From IMG/VR virus record IMGVR_UViG_3300035187_002392, positions 1 through 24,420 of that record: DNA of 24,420 nucleotides. One strand, written 5' to 3'. Positions 8,101-16,302 of this stretch are shown here, one piece after another. The notes below the pieces were generated by a model that searched no databases, had not been told where the DNA came from, and saw nothing but the letters and a program-made list of their open reading frames with translations. A program made the translations under genes and the position numbers. Source of the DNA: a virus (lineage: Duplodnaviria; Caudoviricetes). Position 1 is the stretch's first letter. Every line of letters begins with the position of its first letter.

Positions 8101-8763
8101 GCCAACGCCTCAAAGGTTGATCAGCTCCTCCCCTTAGTGCCAGCGGACAAAAAGCCACTGGTTAAGGCGTTTTTTAAAGCAGTGAAAGACGGCAAGCTGG
8201 TAGATATTGACTCCTTTGCAGAAAAGTATGGCATGACGGTAGGGGATGACCCTTACAACAGGCTAGACTACCCCTATGATGCGGATGTAAACCCTACTAC
8301 TGGGGATATTTTGCTAAGTGGAATAAAGCAAACAGATGGCCAAAATCGTTCTCGTTTGCTAAAAGAAGGCCAGCTTGGCTTTGTGCAACGTGATGGCGTG
8401 TTGCAGATACCCAAAGATACCGAGGTTAAGAGTGAAATAACCAAAGTAACGCCTAGCGACAAAGAGGTAATGTACCGCCCAAGTTATGAGCCTGATGCCG
8501 ATGGTAAGCCTCAACTGGTAGTAAGAGACCGAGACGGCAACATTGTTGAGCAGGTAGAGGCCGATAGTGTACCTATAAGCAGTTGGTTGGCTAAAAAGTT
8601 ATTAGACCAAGCCGAGTTTAGCACTGAAGAATTAGGAATGGCTGGCAGAGAACTCTTAACCTACCCTGACAGAGCAAAGATTGAAAGCGTTATTGCCAAG
8701 TTTCCAAAAGACCAAAAAGACGCTTTGCGTAAGTTGTTGACAGGCATGAGGTGTATGCCATGA
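5164..8763 (+). CDS. Large putative ejection/DNA-transfer protein (1199 aa)
   Basis: Gly/Ala hydrophobic region (aa ~105-245) followed by long K/A/P/Q-rich linkers and small globular modules. Size and position are typical of podovirus internal virion proteins. Confidence 0.7.
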   Translation: MVTLEAQIEVLRKDKEFISAPKDKQLKYLKQYVLPSVDEGFANAPSDKQDAYINQYVFPAFAENVAPPPQQANPALDFLGQVANTAIETGTFGLVDRPMATNEAAMFTGGMIGGAVPYGLTALLGAAVPATLPFTLPIAASLAGAQGIGTDIRDQLDAGRSMDELNLGRTAFRGLASSGGALAGGTLGTTLLRDALINAGFNAGEVAGVQALEGQAPDLGQIAKAGGMGVGGSVAGRGLNALLTVRNQQKKQTPSQSPKEPQNSMLEQAESPQKQRYSDDGMSNRALEDVAVLASQQGVTDKDVLKSAYAQRNVLLKSTTLLKKQGREDSLEYKERTKARQAIERVIETKTGEKTPKKDKDVTKLGYDATPKPRLVKAQKQVQATLLKQPIGQLPARPIQALPSMTKGQLRNIEARVRQQGQVLPPSQEVIDVKGKVRIPQPTQGSVPKAMTGKPAEQARVRAGEQAKATQETQDFATVIKQADAVPDDASRLKAYRKLLGQAQNKLIADPTNPLAKQRLDTVQARIDAMTETATNRQAAQAQMAQKAKIKPAVVDEDAPTKAKEQPKITPKEAGQLLTELYSGDHIGVVDNQTAYEVFRMLDVPTKKVHRDNITSSDVTRFGNQLVYNANLGRQLGMQRIGEKETLGVVITRLQKKYPNLNVASIIGGRVARDSNVLAAIAEDVTAVQKAGESLPDSLIAALERSGVTEQAKREAEIAVLYEKLDRITKAGLQNMDRAQTPEALEAAFEDFAGKWRGLESDFEALKDEKTWMDAYEKAGERADANQALIEEAQRLGVKPVEPVAPKPKPKAKAKPPEVPKPVESKPVEATAVKADSPTSYKDWPIYQDLPDGWAVSKTAGSPLAGHVFITNKTSPLNPSHKRALMPVEQPKAKFTPKATDEGKKGTRYTTPDPNLTVRKGKKGNWVVEPKLPDGSYGKGVRVADEATAKAYVAKAGVLRQTADVKAKIKDPVNPANINANASKVDQLLPLVPADKKPLVKAFFKAVKDGKLVDIDSFAEKYGMTVGDDPYNRLDYPYDADVNPTTGDILLSGIKQTDGQNRSRLLKEGQLGFVQRDGVLQIPKDTEVKSEITKVTPSDKEVMYRPSYEPDADGKPQLVVRDRDGNIVEQVEADSVPISSWLAKKLLDQAEFSTEELGMAGRELLTYPDRAKIESVIAKFPKDQKDALRKLLTGMRCMP
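5203..5340 (+). repeat. Two 24-aa-period protein repeats (DKEFISAPKDKQLKYLKQYVLP / DEGFANAPSDKQDAYINQYVFP)
   Basis: Direct alignment of aa 14-35 with aa 38-59 of the 1199-aa protein. Confidence 0.8.
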
Positions 8764-10520
8764 TGAGTTTTTGCGACCCTGATGAAATAAGCGGGATGTT
8801 CCATGCTGCTATGGGCTTAAAGCACAGGCCTGACTTAACAGACCGTGAACACGCTGTGGGGCTAAACAAAACAACTAACCCTGCTAAAAACCAAGCTGGG
8901 TATGAAGAAATGATGAGCCTATCATTGACTCAAAACCCTGCGAACAACACCCGCTATACCGATACAGCCTTTGACGAGGCGGTAAAGATGCAAGGCCTAC
9001 AGTACAACAAGGGGCAAATGGCTAACTGGGCGGGGAGGGCAAGTGACTTTTTGGGCGAAAAGTTTATGGCTCCGATTAACAGGGAGATAAATTACTGGAA
9101 AGAAACACTAGACCCTGACCAGCTTAAAAGCCGTAAAGGGCTTAAAGAGAGCTTTGTTCGTGATGTTGTGCCTGAAATAAAGCAGATACGGCTTGATATT
9201 AAAGACGCATGGCGTAACAACAACTACGGCAAAACAAAAGCAGACAAGGCTAATATTAACAAATCCCTTGAGCCTTACGGTATTGAATGGAACCGCACGA
9301 AAGAAGCGGTGGAGTACCTAGAGTACCTAGAGACAGGGCAACTTTACGCTGACCATAGAAACGACGTTGGCGAAGCCTTTGACCGCATGGCAAGCGCACA
9401 AGCTGGCTATAACGTGGCTTGGACGCTGTTTAACATGGGTGATTTTCTCAAGGTGGCTTCTTATGGCGTAGGGCAAAAAGGCTACGGCAAAGGGACGGTA
9501 GCGGGCTTTAAAGAGCTTGCCGAAGGCTTTATGAGAGACGTTAAGACTAGAGATATTGCTTACGGTGGAGCTATGGGCAAGATAAAAGGGCTTGAAGCAC
9601 CTATAGGCGCAACAGAGCATCGCTTGGGTATGCTTGACCCCTTCGCCCTAAGCACTAGGGCTATTGAGCGTTTTACGACTGCTAAAGCGTTGGCAATGGG
9701 TGAGAACCCACTAGAGGCGTTGGGCAAGGCTGCTTTTGTGTTCCAAGAGCATGATGTGCCTGCGATTACCTACAAGGCAAGGCTTAACCCCACAGGCAAT
9801 AAGGCCGTGGTAGGGCTTGGGCGGTTTGTGCTATCAGAGCTAAACTACAACCTAACGAACTACGATAACGTGCTAACAATGGGTATAAATGCGTTACAGG
9901 GCAAAGCCCCTACACAGCAACAAAAACGCCAAGCCCTTGAGTTTGTAACACACTCCGCTCTTAAAGCCTCGTTGTTTGGCACAAGGGCTATTCTGCCCAC
10001 CTTTGCTTACAATGCCCTTAATTCTGCCTTAGGTGAGGATTATGAGGAGTTGCTGAACTGGGGTGTTGTGAACGCCACAGGGGATGGCCTCATAAAGCTG
10101 GTTGATGAAGATGCCTCGTTTAGCATGGCCGAAGCAATGGCTCCGCCTTTGTGGTTTTTAGGCGCACGCTCTAAGCAACTGGCCGATGCCTTTAACGCTA
10201 TCCCTAACACCCTAGACAAGCTGGGCAAGCAAAACGAAGAAGGTGAGCTAGACCTTGGCTCTGCTATTGAGATTATGCTCATGGTAGGCACTGTGTCGTC
10301 TGCGATACCAAGCAACCTACGCATGGCGGCTGGCCCCGCTGGCGTGCTTAAAAAAATTGACGATAGCCCCTTTGGTAATGCAATCCCTTGGCTTGAAAAT
10401 AGACAGATGCAGAACGTAATCAAAGCCTTGATTGAGGACTTTAGGGAACAAAGAGGTACACCTGCTGCTTCTGTGATAAAAGAAGGGCTACTTGGCAAGC
10501 GGATAGTGAAAGATGAGTAA
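8760..10520 (+). CDS. Putative ejection/internal virion protein 4 (~586 aa)
   Basis: ATG at 8760 forms an ATGA overlap with the upstream stop and follows GAGG (8748-8751). Helical, with C-terminal hydrophobic segments like the C-terminal part of large ejection proteins. Confidence 0.6.
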   Translation: MMSFCDPDEISGMFHAAMGLKHRPDLTDREHAVGLNKTTNPAKNQAGYEEMMSLSLTQNPANNTRYTDTAFDEAVKMQGLQYNKGQMANWAGRASDFLGEKFMAPINREINYWKETLDPDQLKSRKGLKESFVRDVVPEIKQIRLDIKDAWRNNNYGKTKADKANINKSLEPYGIEWNRTKEAVEYLEYLETGQLYADHRNDVGEAFDRMASAQAGYNVAWTLFNMGDFLKVASYGVGQKGYGKGTVAGFKELAEGFMRDVKTRDIAYGGAMGKIKGLEAPIGATEHRLGMLDPFALSTRAIERFTTAKALAMGENPLEALGKAAFVFQEHDVPAITYKARLNPTGNKAVVGLGRFVLSELNYNLTNYDNVLTMGINALQGKAPTQQQKRQALEFVTHSALKASLFGTRAILPTFAYNALNSALGEDYEELLNWGVVNATGDGLIKLVDEDASFSMAEAMAPPLWFLGARSKQLADAFNAIPNTLDKLGKQNEEGELDLGSAIEIMLMVGTVSSAIPSNLRMAAGPAGVLKKIDDSPFGNAIPWLENRQMQNVIKALIEDFREQRGTPAASVIKEGLLGKRIVKDE

Positions 10521-10523
10521 ATG

Positions 10524-10532
10524 TGATATGCT
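10524..10532 (+). promoter_or_regulatory. Possible extended -10 internal promoter before portal (TGaTATGCT)
   Basis: TGn-TATGCT in the 36-bp intergenic gap, upstream of the RBS AAGAGGA. Confidence 0.35.
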
Positions 10533-10556
10533 TTGCCTAGCTAAAGAGGATATTCA

Positions 10557-12491
10557 ATGCCAAGCATTAACATGATAAAAGAGCTTAGCGACGATGACTT
10601 GCGTACGCTAGTAGAGCAATGCAACCAGTTTAAGCAGGCTGTTAAAGACCACTCACGAGAAAAACGCAATGTGCAACGCCGTTGCTACTCGTATTTTATG
10701 AGTGAGTTACAGGACGGTGACTTGTTACCCGAACCAAAGTTTGCAGAGGGTGGCGAATATAACGCCGAGGCAGAAGGTGGTACGCAACGGCCTCAAGTGT
10801 TTTTACCTGTGACCCGAAGCACGGCTAAGATGCTGTATGCTCAACTAAAAATGGCTTTATTCCCCAATGACACTGACTTTTTCCGTGTGTTTGGCAAGAC
10901 GGCAGAAGCGGCTCAACTAGAAAATGACTTAACCACTGCCTTTAAGTGGCTGTTTAAGCAAAGCAACCTTAGCGAAAAACTATCCGAGAACCTTATCAAC
11001 GTGATATGGAGCGGGTTTTGCGCCACTGTGCCTACTGTAGACACGCAACAAGTGGCCGAATGGTCGGTAGTGAATGGCCAGTACCAAATGGCTAACGTCA
11101 CGCTTGAGCCGTCTCTGTGTGTGGATGTGTGTAACCCCTTGGATTTTTACCCTGACCCTGTTGCTAAGGATATTAACAAAGCAAGGTGGGTGTACTGCCA
11201 GCAAAAAAGCTACCAAGATATGCTAGACAAGCCTGATATGTATAGCAAGCTAGAAGAGATTGAAAGCCTTGTGACTAACAGGGGAAGCGAGCGTAGCGTT
11301 AAAATGGAGCAGGAGTATAACCTCTCTGCTGCCAACCGCTTACAGCAAGACTTTAACGACACAGACGACAGGGTAGACTATGACCTGTACTATTTCCCTG
11401 TGCTGCCCAAGATAAAGATGAAAAACGGCCAGCCTTACCGTAATATGCTGGTGGGGGTTGTGGCTGACCAAGTGGTGACACGCTTTTACCCTAACCTGTA
11501 CCCAATGGGGCTAAACCCTGCGGTGTACGGTAACTGGATGCCTGATATTGCCAGCCCTTACGGAACGGGGCCAGTTGAAGATATTATGCCCCTGCAACGG
11601 TTAATCAACTTTATTTTTAACCATAGCATTGAAACGATGGCACGAAGTGGCAATCTGCTAGCGGTAAATAAGCAGGTAGATATTAGTCAAATAGGCAGAG
11701 CAGGTGGTCTGCTAAGAACAGAGGGTAGGCCAAGCGAAGATGTGCAACTGTTAAACACCGAAGATACCGAGATGAATACGCTGTTTACGGCAATGGGGTT
11801 AATCAAGGCCGAGGCGCAAACCCTAGCGGGCTCAACGCACCCTTATATGGGCATGGCCAACCAAGACACGCAAAAGACAGCTACCGAGTTTAGCATCATA
11901 CAAGACACGGTTATAAGCGTGTTGAAAGAAGTGACACAGCATATTGCTGAGACGTTTATGCAACCAGTGCTAGAGCGGTTTATGTATCTTGCAGCAGAGT
12001 ATTTTGGGGATACGCCAGTGCAGATACGCATTGATGAGGCTGAACAAACCCAAATACTTGAAGTTAATTTAAGCGTGCTAAGCAAGATTAAAGACCCTAA
12101 CAACCCTAAAGCGGTGGGACGTGGTGATTTCACTATGGAAATGACCAGCGTCAACTTAGCCGAAAGCAAGCTGGCTGAAAGCAATAGCCTTAAAGAGCTG
12201 TTGCAGTTGATGATGGGTAGCCCTGAAATTGGGGCTATGGCAAAGAATGGCATGTACCCATTGTTGCAACGCTTGGCCAAGCTCAACAATATCAATGACT
12301 TTGACAAGTTTATGATGACCCCAGCAGAGCAAAACGCCAATATGAATGGCCAGCTTGTGCAGGTGCTGATGCAAACCGCCCAAGGTTTAGCCAGTGTTGA
12401 GAATCCCCAAGCCCAAGGGGCAGCCGAACAGATTATGCAACTAACCCAAGTGCTAGCACAAAGGGGGGCATTGCGTGACCAGCCAGCTTAA
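10557..12491 (+). CDS. Portal protein (podovirus head-tail connector type)
   Basis: 644 aa. Motifs NPLDFYPDP, PYGTGPVEDIMPLQRLIN and KTATEFS; Q-rich C-terminal barrel. Confidence 0.9.
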   Translation: MPSINMIKELSDDDLRTLVEQCNQFKQAVKDHSREKRNVQRRCYSYFMSELQDGDLLPEPKFAEGGEYNAEAEGGTQRPQVFLPVTRSTAKMLYAQLKMALFPNDTDFFRVFGKTAEAAQLENDLTTAFKWLFKQSNLSEKLSENLINVIWSGFCATVPTVDTQQVAEWSVVNGQYQMANVTLEPSLCVDVCNPLDFYPDPVAKDINKARWVYCQQKSYQDMLDKPDMYSKLEEIESLVTNRGSERSVKMEQEYNLSAANRLQQDFNDTDDRVDYDLYYFPVLPKIKMKNGQPYRNMLVGVVADQVVTRFYPNLYPMGLNPAVYGNWMPDIASPYGTGPVEDIMPLQRLINFIFNHSIETMARSGNLLAVNKQVDISQIGRAGGLLRTEGRPSEDVQLLNTEDTEMNTLFTAMGLIKAEAQTLAGSTHPYMGMANQDTQKTATEFSIIQDTVISVLKEVTQHIAETFMQPVLERFMYLAAEYFGDTPVQIRIDEAEQTQILEVNLSVLSKIKDPNNPKAVGRGDFTMEMTSVNLAESKLAESNSLKELLQLMMGSPEIGAMAKNGMYPLLQRLAKLNNINDFDKFMMTPAEQNANMNGQLVQVLMQTAQGLASVENPQAQGAAEQIMQLTQVLAQRGALRDQPA

Positions 12492-12747
12492 AGAAACCGC
12501 CAAGCTAGCCTTTGATTTAGTGCTTACACCCGCATGGAAGGTGTGGCTAGAACCGTACCTACAGGCAGGTAGCCAACCCCGCCCTAGAGGCTACCTGCGG
12601 GGGCTAGAGGATGCCTTAGCTGCGAACTATGAGCTAGGCAAGGCCGATGGCATAAAAAGCGTTTTGGCTGAGGTAGATAAACTCGCAAAGTTACATGTTA
12701 GTCAACAGAAGTCACTTACACAGCAAGCAGAAAGGCAAGCAAAATGA
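12475..12747 (+). CDS. Small portal-adjacent protein (90 aa)
   Basis: GTG start overlaps the portal end and the stop overlaps the next ATG. LTPAWKVWLEPYL resembles small helical proteins commonly found after podovirus portals. Confidence 0.7.
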   Translation: MTSQLKETAKLAFDLVLTPAWKVWLEPYLQAGSQPRPRGYLRGLEDALAANYELGKADGIKSVLAEVDKLAKLHVSQQKSLTQQAERQAK

Positions 12748-13253
12748 GCTTTAATGAAGTAAAAGTGGAACAGTTTATCCCGCATCAGTTAATGACAATT
12801 ACTACTGGCACATGGACAGACACCTTTGCAAGTGGTCGCTCTAGCGCAGTAAAAACTGCGGGTGATACTACTAGCACGATTGATATTCCTATCCCTTTGC
12901 CACGTCGTGCTGGTGAGCATGGCGTTAAGCTAACTGGTATTGATATTGCTTACCGCAATACAACGGCGGATTTAGACGCTGTACCAACACTAACACTTTA
13001 CCGCCAAGATTATGACCTTGTAACTTCGGCAGCGGGTGACGATGTTGTTGCCACAACCATTGCAACCACTGGTAACGCTGTTGTGACGGCTGATGCAGAT
13101 GACCGCATTATGACCTTTACTGTGGATGAGCCTAAATGGGATTATGGCTCCGAAACACGTTGCACTTATTTTGCTCGCTTAACAATTAACGCTGGTGCAA
13201 GCTCTGTGTTAAGTATTTTGGGTGCGTTTGTTAAGTACAACGAATTAACCTAG
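12744..13253 (+). CDS. Beta-rich virion structural protein, possibly capsid decoration (169 aa)
   Basis: T/A/D-rich alternating beta-strand pattern, RBS GAAAGG, located in the head module. Function is inferred. Confidence 0.5.
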   Translation: MSFNEVKVEQFIPHQLMTITTGTWTDTFASGRSSAVKTAGDTTSTIDIPIPLPRRAGEHGVKLTGIDIAYRNTTADLDAVPTLTLYRQDYDLVTSAAGDDVVATTIATTGNAVVTADADDRIMTFTVDEPKWDYGSETRCTYFARLTINAGASSVLSILGAFVKYNELT

Positions 13254-13292
13254 TTAAGTATTAGCCATTAGCAGATGAAAGGGCAGTAAGCC

Positions 13293-13859
13293 ATGTCTGA
13301 ACAAGATGACAACTATTATTTTGATGATGCTGAAACAGTGGAGGATGCTGGCCAACAAGCCAGCCCTCCGCCTAGCAAGGCTGCACAGCAAGCCGAGCTA
13401 GACAAGCAAAGGTATCAAGCCTCTTTACAACAACCACAAGCGGGTGCTACCCTAGTAGATGAGATAGTGACAGGTGTAGTAAACAAGGTCACTCAACAAC
13501 AAGAGCAAGCCCAACAACAGGCCGTTATTAACGAGTACGCTCAACGATACCCTGATTTGGCAAGCAAGGCTCATTATATTGCTCCCAACGTGGAGAGACT
13601 TCGCTTAGAGGCAGAAAGCCAAGGCAAAAAAGTTGACTTCAAGACGTTGCTAGATACTGCGATTGCCGTTACTGAAAAGGAGACTGGCATGAAGCTAACC
13701 CAAGCGCAACAGAATGAAGCCTTACGCAACGGTGCGTTTAGCCCTGATATGGGTAGCGTTCCCGCCAAAGCTCAACAAACAGAATTAGCCAAAGTGCTTG
13801 ATAGTGATTTTACCGAATTTGCAAAGGTTTGGGACGCTAAAAAAGCCACACAGTATTGA
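13293..13859 (+). CDS. Putative capsid scaffolding protein
   Basis: Acidic N-terminus, Q/A-rich coiled coil, ...RYPDL... motif, immediately upstream of the major capsid gene. Confidence 0.7.
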   Translation: MSEQDDNYYFDDAETVEDAGQQASPPPSKAAQQAELDKQRYQASLQQPQAGATLVDEIVTGVVNKVTQQQEQAQQQAVINEYAQRYPDLASKAHYIAPNVERLRLEAESQGKKVDFKTLLDTAIAVTEKETGMKLTQAQQNEALRNGAFSPDMGSVPAKAQQTELAKVLDSDFTEFAKVWDAKKATQY

Positions 13860-13869
13860 GGACACTTAG

Positions 13870-14838
13870 ATGACCGCTACGACTACAGTAAACTTTATTC
13901 CGCCTGACGTGCAGAAGTTTTATGACAAAGGCTTGCTTATGAGAGCTTTGCCTTTGTTGGCTTATTACCAAGGCGCATCTCCTGCCAAAGCTAGAACGAT
14001 TGGCCGTGGTCAAGGTAAGCTTGTAAGTTACCGCCGTTTTGAGCGTATGGCCGTTGCTACAGGGACGCTTACAGAAGGCGTGACCCCTGCTGCTGCCTCC
14101 ATTACCCGCTCTGAAATTACAAAAGAGCTGACCCAACACGGTAACTACATTACTCACAGTGATTTGATTACCATGTCGGATATTGACCCTTTTATCCAAG
14201 AGTCGGTGGATGTGCTTGGTGAAAACGGTGGCGAATCGGTAGACGCTATTATCCGTGCAACCGTTGTTACTGGTACAAACGTGTTTTACGGTACTGGCAG
14301 TGCTAGGAACTCTCAAAACAAGTCAAACCCATTAACTCTAGCCAAGGTGCGCCAAGCGGTAACAAACCTCCGTGCAAACCGTGCAAAGCCCTTTTATGGA
14401 ACTGAAAGTGGCAAAGGACAAGGTGGTTTTTACTTAGGGTTAATTCACCCTATGGTGTGGCATGACTTGACCCTTGACACCACGGTGCTTAACACGTTTA
14501 TCAACTCTGACCCTAGCAAGTTGTATAGCTGGAAGCTAGATGAGCTTGGTGGCGTGGCGTGGATTATTACCGATATGGCCGCTCAATTTGCTGGTGCAGG
14601 TGCTGGTGGAGCTAACGTGTACGCTACTCACCTTATCGGCCAAGAGGCCTACGGCAACCCTAACGTGTTTGGGACTGGAAAGTATCAAACTATTGTCAAG
14701 CAACTTGGCTCTGCTGGTAGTGCTGATGCCCTAGACCAACGTGGTACGATTGGTTGGAAGTCTCACCTTGCCCCTGTCATTTTAAACAACAACTTTATGG
14801 CTCGCATTGAAACTGGTGCCAGCCTAGAAGCTATCTAG
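13870..14838 (+). CDS. Major capsid protein, N4-gp56 family
   Basis: FYDKGLLMRALP, GKLVSYRRF, LTEGVTP, QHGNYITHSD, IHP...DL, KQLGSAGSADALDQRGTIGWK and ILNNNFMARIE are hallmark motifs of this family. Confidence 0.93.
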   Translation: MTATTTVNFIPPDVQKFYDKGLLMRALPLLAYYQGASPAKARTIGRGQGKLVSYRRFERMAVATGTLTEGVTPAAASITRSEITKELTQHGNYITHSDLITMSDIDPFIQESVDVLGENGGESVDAIIRATVVTGTNVFYGTGSARNSQNKSNPLTLAKVRQAVTNLRANRAKPFYGTESGKGQGGFYLGLIHPMVWHDLTLDTTVLNTFINSDPSKLYSWKLDELGGVAWIITDMAAQFAGAGAGGANVYATHLIGQEAYGNPNVFGTGKYQTIVKQLGSAGSADALDQRGTIGWKSHLAPVILNNNFMARIETGASLEAI

Positions 14839-14845
14839 TTTGTGG

Positions 14846-14877
14846 TTAGCTGGGGGCGCAAGCCCCCTTCTAGCTAA
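14846..14877 (+). terminator. Hairpin after the capsid gene (leaky terminator or stabiliser)
   Basis: TTAGCT-GGGGGC-GCAA-GCCCCC-ttct-AGCTAA. GNRA loop with only a weak U-tract. Confidence 0.7.
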
Positions 14878-14888
14878 GAAAGGATGTT

Positions 14889-15269
14889 ATGACTAAGCTA
14901 AGAGAAGTCAAAACAGAACTGCCGTCTTTTCAGGTTACTAGCACTGGTAACATGAGGCTTGTGCCACAAAGCCAAGATGAAGTGACGACGTACCAAGACT
15001 TAATGAGTGAACGGCAAGTTAAGATTATTTTGCCAAGTAACCCTGAAACGGATAACGTAGTAGTGAATGGAGATGGTACAATAACAAGGGTTGCTGCTAC
15101 GCCAAGCATTAACGGTGTACAATGGCCAGTGCCAGCCCAAGAGCCTACGGTTGTACCGTGGAGCATTTACAAGTTGCTTGAGGAAGCTGATTTGCAACCA
15201 CAGATGTTAGCAGGTGAGCAACAAGCCCAAGCCACTACTGGCCGTTGTATTAAAGACGCAAGCTATTAG
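14889..15269 (+). CDS. Small capsid-associated protein, paralog A
   Basis: RBS GAAAGGA. Motif SINGVQWPVPAQEPTVVPWSIYKLL, of the kind seen downstream of N4-gp56-type capsid genes. Confidence 0.65.
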   Translation: MTKLREVKTELPSFQVTSTGNMRLVPQSQDEVTTYQDLMSERQVKIILPSNPETDNVVVNGDGTITRVAATPSINGVQWPVPAQEPTVVPWSIYKLLEEADLQPQMLAGEQQAQATTGRCIKDASY

Positions 15270-15280
15270 GAGCAACCACC

Positions 15281-15643
15281 ATGGAAGTATTAAGTATTAC
15301 TCCAGCTAAAGATGAACCAAAACAAGGGCTTGATGCCATTGTACAGGCTGCGGGGGATGCCCCAGTAGAAGAAGCAAAAAAGCGTGGCAGGCAACCAAAG
15401 CCAGTAGAGCTACAAGATGATGGCTTGATTGAGGTTTTTATCAGCTCAAACGGCAAAGAAACTGTGCTAAAACCTTATGGTGGCAAAGACAAGCCTCATA
15501 TTTACGGTGCGGTTAATGGTATTAAGTTCCATGTGCCTTGCAATGTGCCTGCTAAAGTAACGCCCGAAGTGTATGGAGCCATACAAGGGTTGCTAGAGTA
15601 TGAGCAAGGCCACAGACACGCCAATCCTGACGAGGCTGTGTAA
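15281..15643 (+). CDS. Small capsid-associated protein, paralog B
   Basis: RBS AGGAG. Motif AVNGIKFHVPCNVPAKVTPEVYGAI and a KKRGRQPK basic patch. Confidence 0.65.
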   Translation: MEVLSITPAKDEPKQGLDAIVQAAGDAPVEEAKKRGRQPKPVELQDDGLIEVFISSNGKETVLKPYGGKDKPHIYGAVNGIKFHVPCNVPAKVTPEVYGAIQGLLEYEQGHRHANPDEAV

Positions 15644-16302
15644 TGGGTAGCACGGCATTACAGATTTGCCAAAGGGCTTACCGTAAAGCTATGGTAGGCC
15701 AGCCTTTAACGTCGTTTGGGACTAACCAAAACGAGCCGTTTAACTTTGCCCTTGACCTGCTTAACGACGTGATTAACGAGATTAACAGGCAGGGCGAGCT
15801 ATGGTTTTTGCTGACCAAAACAACGTTTACCTACGCTGATACCAGCACTAACCATGTGTATGACCTTGGCACGCTTAACATTGACCCAAGGCGCATTAAG
15901 CGCATTGCTAGAACACTTGACCAGCAAGGGGCTGTAAGGGTAATGAACTGGGCGGTGTTTAACCAGTTGTACCGCCGTAACCCTTTGATTGACGGCACAC
16001 CAGTAGCCTACTCGGTGTTTAACGATACCCTAGAGTTTAACACTAGCCATGACAAGGATTATGGGCTAGTGGTTGAGCATTACAAGGATATGCCAAGGGT
16101 GACGGCAACCACGGATACGTTGCTTATGCCTGAAAGGGATGAGGACGTGTTAGAGGATGGGGTGCTGGCCTACTTAAAGCAACGGATAGCCATGCCCGAT
16201 GCCGATACGGCTTATTTAGTATATAAAGATAAACTCAATCGCTTGGTGTATGATAGTAAGCGTAATACTGGGACTTACTTTGTTCGCCCTGCGAGGTTCT
16301 GA
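15643..16302 (+). CDS. Head-tail adaptor / tail tubular protein A (T7 gp11-like)
   Basis: 219 aa. TALQICQRA N-terminus, LLNDVINEI...WFLL, GTPVAY, TDTLLMPE..EDVL..GVLAY. Translationally coupled to the nozzle gene. Confidence 0.8.
   Translation: MGSTALQICQRAYRKAMVGQPLTSFGTNQNEPFNFALDLLNDVINEINRQGELWFLLTKTTFTYADTSTNHVYDLGTLNIDPRRIKRIARTLDQQGAVRVMNWAVFNQLYRRNPLIDGTPVAYSVFNDTLEFNTSHDKDYGLVVEHYKDMPRVTATTDTLLMPERDEDVLEDGVLAYLKQRIAMPDADTAYLVYKDKLNRLVYDSKRNTGTYFVRPARF

Noticed and set aside
2986-10520. Tape measure protein, virion RNA polymerase or lytic transglycosylase among the long ORFs
   Set aside because: No tail tube or sheath genes are present and the adaptor/nozzle are podovirus type. No RNA polymerase or lysozyme catalytic motifs were recognisable by eye, though a divergent domain cannot be excluded.
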